DNA of 64,000 bases from Eledone cirrhosa. Taxonomy: Eukaryota. The notes below the pieces were generated by a model, which worked only from the letters and a program-made list of their open reading frames with translations, made no database searches and had not been told where the DNA came from. Made by a program: the position numbers and the translations under genes. The stretch covers positions 2,046,001-2,110,000 of the forward strand of contig OZ024743.1 in the NCBI GenBank assembly GCA_964016885.1. Direction: 5' to 3'. Positions 52,701 to 64,000 of this stretch are shown piece after piece; within the stretch, counting starts at the first letter, position 1; each line of letters starts with the position of its first letter.

Positions 52701-55700
52701 CCATCCGTCACTCCATCTGCCCACTCCACCATTCATCACTCCATCTGTCCACTCCACCATCTATCAGTCCATCTGTCCACTCCACCATCCGTCAGTCCAT
52801 CTGTCCACTCCACCATCCATCACTCCATCTGTCCACTCCACCATCCGTCACTCCATCTGCCCACTCCACCATCCGTCATTCCATCTGTCCACTCCACCAT
52901 TCATCACTCCATCTGTCCACTCCACCATTCATCACTCCATCTGTCCACTCCACCATTCGTCACTCCATCTGTCCACTCCACCATCCGTCACTCCATCTGT
53001 CCACTCCACCATCCGTCACTCCATCTGTCCACTCCACCATCCGTCACTCCATCTGTCCACGCCACCATTCATCACTCCATCTGTCCACTCCACCATCCAT
53101 CAGTCCATCTGTCCACTCCACCATCCGCCACTCCATCTGTCCACTCCACCATCCGTCACTCCATCTGTCCAATCCACCATCCGTCACTCCATCTGTCCAC
53201 TCCACCATCCGTCACTCCATCTGCCCACTCCACCATTCATCACTCCATCTGTCCACTCCACCATCCATCAGTCCATCTGTCCACTCCACCATCCGTCAGT
53301 CCATCTGTCCACTCTACCATCCATCAGTCCATCTGTCCAATCTACCATCCGCCATTCCATCTGTCCACTCCACCATCCGTCAGTCCATCTGTCCACTCCA
53401 CCATACGTCACTCCATCTGTCCATTCCACCATCCGTCACTCCATCTGCCCACTCCACCATCCGTCATTCCATCTGTCCACTCCACCATTCATCACTCCAT
53501 CTGTCCACTCCACCATTCATCACTCCATCTGCCCACTCCACCATCCGTCACTCCATCTGTCCACTCCACCATCCGTCACTCCATCTGTCCACTCCACCAT
53601 CCATCAGTCCATCTGTCCACTCCACCATCCGTCACTCCATCTGTAGACTCCACCATCCGTCACTCCATCTGTCCAATCCACCATCCGTCACTCCATCTGT
53701 CCACTCCACCATCCGTCACTCCATCTGCCCACTCCACCATTCATCACTCCATCTGCCCACTCCACCATCCATCAGTCCATCTGTCCACTCCACCATCCGT
53801 CACTCCATCTGTCCATTCCACCATCCGTCACTCCATCTGTCCACTCCACCATCCGTCACTCCATCTGTCCACTCCACCATCCGTCACTCCATCTGTCCAC
53901 TCCACCATCCGTCACTCCATCTGTCCATTCCACCATCCGTCACTCCATCTGTCCACTCCACCATCCATCAGTCCATCTGTCCACTCCACCATCCGTCAGT
54001 CCATCTGTCCATTCCACCATCCGTCACTCCATCTGTCCACTCCACCATCCGTCACTCCATCTGTCCATTCCACCATCCGTCACTCCATCTGTCCACTCCA
54101 CCATCCGTCACTCCATCTGTCCACTCCACCATCCGTCACTCCATCTGTCCATTCCACCATCCGTCACTCCATCTGTCCATTCCACCATCCGTCATTCCAT
54201 CTGTCCACTCCACCATCCATCAGTCCATCTATCCACTCCACTATCCATCAGTCCATCTGTCCATTCCACCATCCGTCACTCCATCTGTCCACTCCACCAT
54301 CCGTCACTCCATCTGTCCACTCCACCATCCGTCACTCCATCTGTCCATTCCACCATCCGTCACTCCATCTGTCCACTCCACCATCCGTCACTCCATCTGT
54401 CCATTCCACCATCCGTCACTCCATCTGTCCATTCCACCATCCGTCAGTCCATCTGTCCACTCCACCATCGGTCAGTCCATCTGTCCACACCACCATCCAT
54501 CAGTCCATCTGTCCACTCCACCATCCGTCACTCCATCTGTCCACTCCACCATCCGTCACTCCATCTGTCCACTCCATCATCCGTCACTCCATCTGTCCAT
54601 TCCACCATCCGTCACTCCATCTGTCCACTCCACCATCCGTCACTCCATCTGCCCACTCCAGCATTCATCACTCCAATTGTCCACTCCACCATCCATCAGT
54701 CCATCTGTCCACTCCACCATCCGTCACTCCATCTGTCCACTCCACCATCCGTCACTTCATCTGTCCATTCCACCATCCGTCACTCCATCTGTCCACTCCA
54801 CCATCCGTCACTCCATCTGCCCACTCCAGCATTCATCACTCCATCTGTCCACTCCACCATCCATCAGTCCATCTGTCCACTCCACCATCCGTCAGTCCAT
54901 CTGTCCACTCCACCATCCGTCACTTTATCTGTCCATCCCACCATCCGTCACTCCATCTGTCCACTCCACCATCCGTCAGTCCATCTGTCCACTCCACCAT
55001 CCGTCACTCCATCTGTCCACTCCACCATCCGCCAGTCCATCTGTCCACTCTACCATCCATCAGTCCATCTGTCCACCCTACCATCCGTCAGTCCATCTGT
55101 CCATTCCACCATCCGTCACTCCATCTGTCCACTCCACCATCCGTCACTCCATCTGCCCACTCCAGCATTCATCACTCCATCTGTCCACTCCACCATCCGT
55201 CACTCCATCTGTCCATTCCACCATCCGTCACTCCATCTGTCCACTCCACCATCCGTCACTTCATCTGCCCACTCCAGCATTCATCACTCCATCTGTCCAC
55301 TCCAGCATTCATCACTCCATCTGTCCACTCCACCATCCATCAGTCCATCTGTCCACTCCACCATCCGTCAGTCCATCTGTCCACTCTACCATCCATCAGT
55401 CCATCTGTCCAATCTACCATCCGTCATTCCATCTGTCCACTCCACCATCCGTCACTCCATCTGTCCACTCCACCATCCGTCACTCCATCTGTCCACTCCA
55501 CCATCCATCAGTCCATCTGTCCACTCAACCATCCGTCAGTCCATCTGTCCACTCCACCATACGTCACTCCATCTGTCCATTCCACCATCCGTCACTCCAT
55601 CTGTCCACTCCACCATCCGTCACTCCATCTGCTCACTCCAGCATTCATCACTCCATCTGTCCACTCCACCATCCATCAGTCCATCTGTCCACTCCACCAT

Positions 55701-58700
55701 CCGTCAGTCCATCTGTCCACTCCACCATCCGTCACTTTATCTGTCCATTCCACCATCTGTCACTCCATCTGTCCACTCCACCATCCGTCACTCCATCTGC
55801 CCACTCCAGCATTCATCACTCCATCTGTCCACTCCACCATCCATCAGTCCATCTGTCCACTCCACCATCCGTCAGTCCATCTGTCCACTCCACCATCCGT
55901 CACTCCATCTGCCCACTCCACCATCCGTCAGTCCATCTGTCCACTCCACCATCCGTCAATCCATCTGTCCACTCCACCATCCGTCACTCCATCTGCCCAC
56001 TCCACCATCCGTCAGTCCATCTGTCCACTCCACCATACGTCACTCCATCTGTCCACTCCACCATCCGTCACTCCATCTGTCCACTCCACCATCCGTCAGT
56101 CCATCTGTCCACTCCAGCATCCGTCACTTTATCTGTCCATTCCACCATCCGTCACTCCATCTGTCCACTCCACCATCCGTCACTCCATCTGCCCACTCCA
56201 GCATTCATCACTCCATCTGTCCACTCCACCATCCATCAATCTATCTGTCCACTCCACCATCCGTCAGTCCATCTGTCCACTCCACCATCCGTCAGTCCAT
56301 CTGTCCACTCCACCATCTGTCACTCCATTTGTCCACTCCACCATCCATCACTCCATCAGTCCACTCCACCATCCGTCAATCCATCTGTCCACTCCACCAT
56401 CCGTCACTCCATCTGCCCACTCCACCATCCGTCAGTCCATCTGTCCACTCCACCATCCGTCACCCCATCTGTCCACTCCACCATCCGTCACTCCATCTGT
56501 CCACTCCACCATCCGTCAGTCCATCTGTCCACTCCACCATCCGTCACTTTATCTGTCCATTCCACCATCCGTCACTGCATCTGTCCACTCCACCATCCGT
56601 CACTCCATCTGTCCACTCCACCATCCATCAGTCCATGTGTCCACTCCACCATCCGTCAGTCCATCTGTCCACTCCACCATCCGTCACTTCATCTGTCCAT
56701 TCCACCATCCGTCACTCCATCTGTCCACTCCACCATCCGTCAGTCCATCTGTCCACTCCACCATCCGTCACTCCATCTGTCCACTCCACCATCCGCCAGT
56801 CCATCTGTCCACTCTACCATCCATCAGTCCATCTGTCCACCCTACCATCCGTCAGTCCATCTGTCCATTCCACCATCCGTCACTCCATCTGTCCACTCCA
56901 CCATCCGTCACTCCATCTGCCCACTCCAGCATTCATCACTCCATCTGTCCACTCCACCATCCGTCACTCCATCTGTCCATTCCACCATCCGTCACTCCAT
57001 CTGTCCACTCCACCATCCGTCACTTCATCTGCCCACTCCAGCATTCATCACTCCATCTGTCCACTCCACCATTCATCACTCCATCTGTCCACTCCACCAT
57101 CCATCAGTCCATCTGTCCACTCCACCATCCGTCAGTCCATCTGTCCACTCTACCATCCATCAGTCCATCTGTCCAATCTACCATCCGTCATTCCATCTGT
57201 CCACTCCACCATCCGTCACTCCATCTGTCCACTCCACCATCCGTCACTCCATCTGTCCACTCCACCATCCATCAGTCCATCTGTCCACTCAACCATCCGT
57301 CAGTCCATCTGTCCACTCCACCATACGTCACTCCATCTGTCCATTCCACCATCCGTCACTCCATCTGTCCACTCCACCATCCGTCACTCCATCTGCCCAC
57401 TCCAGCATTCATCACTCCATCTGTCCACTCCACCATCCATCAGTCCATCTGTCCACTCCACCATCCGTCAGTCCATCTGTCCACTCCACCATCCGTCACT
57501 TTATCTGTCCATTCCACCATCTGTCACTCCATCTGTCCACTCCACCATCCGTCACTCCATCTGCCCACTCCAGCATTCATCACTCCATCTGTCCACTCCA
57601 CCATCCATCAGTCCATCTGTCCACTCCACCATCCGTCAGTCCATCTGTCCACTCCACCATCCGTCACTCCATCTGCCCACTCCACCATCCGTCAGTCCAT
57701 CTGTCCACTCCACCATCCGTCAATCAATCTGTCCACTCCACCATCCGTCACTCCATCTGCCCACTCCACCATCCGTCAGTCCATCTGTCCACTCCACCAT
57801 ACGTCACTCCATCTGTCCACTCCACCATCCGTCACTCCATCTGTCCACTCCACCATCCGTCAGTCCATCTGTCCACTCCACCATCCGTCACTTTATCTGT
57901 CCATTCCACCATCCGTCACTCCATCTGTCCACTCCACCATCCGTCACTCCATCTGCCCACTCCAGCATTCATCACTCCATCTGTCCACTCCACCATCCAT
58001 CAGTCTATCTGTCCACTCCACCATCCGTCAGTCCATCTGTCCACTCCACCATCCGTCAGTCCATCTGTCCACTCCACCATCTGTCACTCCATTTGTCCAC
58101 TCCACCATCCATCACTCCATCAGTCCACTCCACCATCCGTCAATCCATCTGTCCACTCCACCATCCGTCACTCCATCTGCCCACTCCACCATCCGGCAGT
58201 CCATCTGTCCACTCCACCATCCGTCACCCCATCTGTCCACTCCACCATCCGTCACTCCATCTGTCCACTCCACCATCCGTCAGTCCATCTGTCCACTCCA
58301 CCATCCGTCACTTTATCTGTCCATTCCACCATCCGTCACTGCATCTGTCCACTCCACCATCCGTCACTCCATCTGTCCACTCCACCATCCGTCAGTCCAT
58401 CTGTCCACTCCACCATCCGTCACTCCATCTGTCCACTCCACCATCCGTCAATCCATCTGCCCACTCCACCATTCATTACTCCATCTGTCCACTCCACCAT
58501 TCATCACTCCATCTGTCCACTCCACCATCCGTCTGTCCACTCCACCATCCATCAGTTCATCAGTCCATTCCACCATCCGTCACTCCATCTGTCCACTCCA
58601 CCATCCATCACTCCATCTGTCCACTCCACCATCCATCACTCCATCTGTCACTCCATCTGTCCACTCCACCATTCATCACTCCATCTGTCCATTCAACCAT

Positions 58701-61700
58701 TCATCACTCCATCTGTCCACTACACCATCCGTCAGTCCATCTGTCCACTCCACCATCCGTCACTCCATCTGTCCACTCCACCATCCGTCAATCCATCTGC
58801 CCACTCCACCATTCATTACTCCATCTGTCCACTCCACCATTCATCACTCCATCTGTCCACTCCACCATCCGTCTGTCCACTCCACCATCCATCAGTTCAT
58901 CTGTCCATTCCACCATCCGTCAGTCCATCTGTCCACTCCACCATTCATCACTCCATCTGTCCACTCCAACATCAGTCACTTCATCTGTCCACTCCACCAT
59001 CCGTCACTCCATCTGTCCACTCCACCATCCGTCAGTTTATCTGTCCACTCCACCATCCGTCACTCCATCTGTCCACTCCACCATCCACCAGTCCATCTGT
59101 CCACTCCACCATCCGTCACTTCATCTGTCCATTCCACCATCCGTCACTCCATCTGTCCACTCCACCATCCGTCACTCCATCTGCCCACTCCAGCATTCAT
59201 CACTCCATCTGTCCACTCCACCATCCGTCAGTCCATCTGTCCACTCCACCATCCGTCATTCCATCTGTCCACTCCACCATCCGTCAGTCCATCTGTCCAC
59301 TCCACCATCCGTCACTCCATCTGTCCATTCCACCATCCGTCACTCCATCTGTCCACTCCACCATCCGTCACTTCATCTGCCCACTCCACCATTCATCACT
59401 CCATCTGCCCACTCCACCATCCATCTGTCCATCTGTCCACTCCACCATCCGTCAGTCCATCTGTCCACTCCACCATCCATCACTCCATCTGTCCACTCCA
59501 CCATCCGTCACTCCATCTGCCCACTCCACCATCCGTCATTCCATCTGTCCACTCCACCATTCATCACTCCATCTGTCCACTCCACCATTCATCACTCCAT
59601 CTGTCTACTCCACCATCCGTCACTCCATCTGTCCACTCCACTATCCGTCACTCCATCTGTCCACTCCACCATCCATCAGTCCATCTGTCCACTCCACCAT
59701 CCGCCACTCCCTCTGTCCACTCCACCATCCGTCACTCCATCTGTCCACTCCACCATCCGTCACTCCATCTGTCCACTCCACCATCCGTCACTCCATCTGC
59801 CCACTCCACCATTCATCACTCCATCTGCCCACTCCACCATCCATCAGTCCATCTGTCCACTCCACCATCCGTCACTCCATCTGTCCATTCCACCATCCGT
59901 CACTCCATCTGTCCACTCCACCATCCGTCACTCCATCTGTCCACTCCACCATCCGTCACTCCCTCTGTCCACTCCACCATCCGTCACTCCATCTGTCCAT
60001 TCCAACATCCGTCACTCCATCTGTCCACTCCACCATCCATCAGTCCATCTGTCCACTCCACCATCCGTCAGTCCATCTGTCCATTCCACCATCCGTCACT
60101 CCATCTGTCCACTCCACCATCCGTCACTCCATCTGTCCATTCCACCATCCGTCACTCCATCTGTCCACTCCACCATCCGTCACTCCATCTGTCCACTCCA
60201 CCATCCGTCACTCCATCTGTCCATTCCACCATCCGTCACTCCATCTGTCCATTCAACCATCCGTCATTCCATCTGTCCACTCCACCATCCGTCAGTCCAT
60301 CTGTCCATACCACCATCCATCAGTCCATCAGTCCACTCCACCATCCGTCAGTCCATCTGTCCATTCCACCATCCGTCAGTCCATCTGTCCACTCCACCAT
60401 CCGTCACTCCATCTGTCCACTCCACCATCCGTCACTCCATCTGTCCATTCCACCATCCGTCACTCCATCTGCCCATTCCACCATCCGTCACTCCATCTGT
60501 CCATTCCACCATCCGTCACTCCATCTGTCCATTCCACCATCCGTCAGTCCATCTGTCCACTCCACCATCCGTCAGTCCATCTGTCCATACCACCATCCAT
60601 CAGTCCATCTGTCCACTCCACCATCCGTCACTCCATCTGTCCACTCCACCATCCGTCACTCCATCTGTCCACTCCACCATCCGTCACTCCATCTGTCCAT
60701 TCCACCATCCGTCACTCCATCTGTCCACTCCACCATCCGTCACTCCATCTGCCCACTCCAGCATTCATCACTCCATCTGTCCACACCACCATCCATCAGT
60801 CCATCTGTCCACTCCACCATCCGTCAGTCCATCTGTCCATTCCACCATCCGTCACTCCATCTGTCCACTCCACCATCCGTCACTCCATCTGCCCACTCCA
60901 GCATTCATCACTCCATCTGTCCACTCCACCATCCATCAGTCCATCTGTCCACTCCACCATCCGTCAGTCCATCTGTCCACTCCACCATCCGTCACTTCAT
61001 CTGTCCATTCCACCATCCGTCACTCCATCTGTCCACTCCACCATCCGTCACTTCATCTGCCCACTCCAGCATTCATCACTCCATCTGTCCACTCCACCAT
61101 CCATCAGTCCATCTGTCCACTCCACCATCCGTCAGTCCATCTGTCCACTCTACCATTCATCAGTCCATCTGTCCAATCTACCATCCGTCATTCCATCTGT
61201 CCACTCCACCATACGTCACTCCATCTGTCCACTCCACCATCCGTCACTCCATCTGTCCACTCCACCATCCGTCACTCCATCTGTCCACTCCAGCATTCAT
61301 CACTCCATCTGTCCACTCCACCATCCATCAGTCCATCTGTCCACTCCACCATCCGTCAGTCCATCTGTCCACTCCACCATCCGTCACTCCATCTGTCCAC
61401 TCCACCATCCGCCAGTCCATCTGTCCACTCTACCATCCATCAGTCCATCTGTCCACTCTACCATCCGTCAGTCCATCTGTCCATTCCACCATCCGTCACT
61501 CCATCTGTCCACTCCACCATCCGTCACTCCATCTGCCCACTCCAGCATTCATCACTCCATCTGTCCACTCCACCATTCATCACTCCATCTGTCCACTCCA
61601 CCATCCATCAGTCCATCTGTCCACTCCACCATCCGTCAGTCCATCTGTCCACTCTACCATCCATCAGTCCATCTGTCCAATCTACCATCCGTCATTCCAT

Positions 61701-64000
61701 CTGTCCACTCCACCATCCATCACTCCATCTGTCCACTCCACCATCCGTCACTCCATCTGTCCACTCCACCATCCGTCACTCCATCTGCCCACTCCACCAT
61801 TCATCACTCCATCTGTCCACTCCACCATCTATCAGTCCATCTGTCCACTCCACCATCCGTCAGTCCATCTGTCCACTCCACCATCCATCACTCCATCTGT
61901 CCACTCCACCATCCGTCACTCCATCTGCCCACTCCACCATCCGTCATTCCATCTGTCCACTCCACCATTCATCACTCCATCTGTCCACTCCACCATTCAT
62001 CACTACATCTGTCCACTCCACCATTCGTCACTCCATCTGTCCACTCCACCATCCGTCACTCCATCTGTCCACTCCACCATCCGTCACTCCATCTGTCCAC
62101 TCCACCATCCGTCACTCCATCTGTCCACGCCACCATTCATCACTCCATCTGTCCACTCCACCATCCATCAGTCCATCTGTCCACTCCACCATCCGCCACT
62201 CCATCTGTCCACTCCACCATCCGTCACTCCATCTGTCCAATCCACCATCCGTCACTCCATCTGTCCACTCCACCATCCGTCACTCCATCTGCCCACTCCA
62301 CCATTCATCACTCCATCTGTCCACTCCACCATCCATCAGTCCATCTGTCCACTCCACCATCCGTCAGTCCATCTGTCCACTCTACCATCCATCAGTCCAT
62401 CTGTCCAATCTACCATCCGTCATTCCATCTGTCCACTCCACCATCCGTCAGTCCATCTGTCCACTCCACCATACGTCACTCCATCTGTCCATTCCACCAT
62501 CCGTCACTCCATCTGCCCACTCCACCATCCGTCATTCCATCTGTCCACTCCACCATTCATCACTCCATCTGTCCACTCCACCATTCATCACTCCATCTGT
62601 CCACTCCACCATCCGTCACTCCATCTGTCCACTCCACCATCCGTCACTCCATCTGTCCACTCCACCATCCATCAGTCCATCTGTCCACTCCACCATCCGC
62701 CACTCCATCTGTAGACTCCACCATCCGTCACTCCATCTGTCCAATCCACCATCCGTCACTCCATCTGTCCACTCCACCATCCGTCACTCCATCTGCCCAC
62801 TCCACCATTCATCACTCCATCTGCCCACTCCACCATCCATCAGTCCATCTGTCCACTCCACCATCCGTCACTCCATCTGTCCATTCCACCATCCGTCACT
62901 CCATCTGTCCACTCCACCATCCGTCACTCCATCTGTCCACTCCACCATCCGTCACTCCATCTGTCCACTCCACCATCCGTCACTCCATCTGTCCATTCCA
63001 CCATCCGTCACTCCATCTGTCCACTCCACCATCCATCAGTCCATCTGTCCACTCCACCATCCGTCAGTCCATCTGTCCATTCCACCATCCGTCACTCCAT
63101 CTGTCCACTCCACCATCCGTCACTCCATCTGTCCATTCCACCATCCGTCACACCATCTGTCCACTCCACCATCCGTCACTCCATCTGTCCACTCCACCAT
63201 CCGTCACTCCATCTGTCCATTCCACCATCCGTCACTCCATCTGTCCATTCCACCATCCGTCATTCCATCTGTCCACTCCACCATCCATCATTCCATCTAT
63301 CCACTCCACTATCCATCAGTCCATCTGTCCACTCCACCATCCGTCAGTCCATCTGTCCATTCCACCATCCGTCACTCCATCTGTCCACTCCACCATCCGT
63401 CACTCCATCTGTCCACTCCACCATCCGTCACTCCATCTGTCCATTCCACCATCCGTCACTCCATCTGTCCACTCCACCATCCGTCACTCCATCTGTCCAT
63501 TCCACCATCCGTCACTCCATCTGTCCATTCCACCATCCGTCAGTCCATCTGTCCACTCCACCATCGGTCAGTCCATCTGTCCACACCACCATCCATCAGT
63601 CCATCTGTCCACTCCACCATCCGTCAGTCCATCTGTCCACTCCACCATCCGTCACTCCATCTGTCCACTCCATCATCCGTCACTCCATCTGTCCATTCCA
63701 CCATCCGTCACTCCATCTGTCCACTCCACCATCCGTCACTCCATCTGCCCACTCCAGCATTCATCACTCCAATTGTCCACTCCACCATCCATCAGTCCAT
63801 CTGTCCACTCCACCATCCGTCAGTCCATCTGTCCACTCCACCATCCGTCACTTCATCTGTCCATTCCACCATCCGTCACTCCATCTGTCCACTCCACCAT
63901 CCGTCACTCCATCTGCCCACTCCAGCATTCATCACTCCATCTGTCCACTCCACCATCCATCAGTCCATCTGTCCACTCCACCATCCGTCAGTCCATCTGT
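49710..64000. repeat. 28-bp satellite array (CCACTCCACCATCCGTCACTCCATCTGT)n, about 510 units in the window, continuing past its end
   Basis: Directly visible; sequence variants recur in kb-scale duplicated blocks. Confidence 0.98.

Noticed and set aside
49432-62714. 1404-, 454- and 2025-aa His/Pro/Ser-rich ORFs
   Set aside because: They are translations of the 28-bp satellite, whose plus strand has no stop in any frame. The unit is not a multiple of 3 and the same peptide appears in all frames.

Overview
AT-rich, repeat-dense animal genomic DNA. The SINE, RTE and Helitron repertoire and the microsatellites look cephalopod/octopus-like (inference). Two spliced host genes face each other. On + are the last four coding exons of COG7 (2392-6680). 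On - is a 7-exon reading frame (20685-10499) in which a two-exon CARD death-fold domain is joined in frame, through a 23-nt micro-exon, to the RNA polymerase I/III shared subunit RPAC2/AC19 (POLR1D). This predicted 202-aa CARD-POLR1D fusion is the most notable finding. The rest is mobile and repetitive DNA: RTE LINEs with a PHD-like finger inside the RT, many tRNA-derived SINEs, a decayed Helitron carrying a SINE with a target-site duplication, Penelope, CR1, CRE and mariner remnants, foldback elements, intronic minisatellites, a head-to-tail array of three L1-Tx1 LINEs ending in (TCTA)n, and a >14 kb 28-bp satellite with higher-order duplications that runs off the window end. All calls were made by eye, without database searches.
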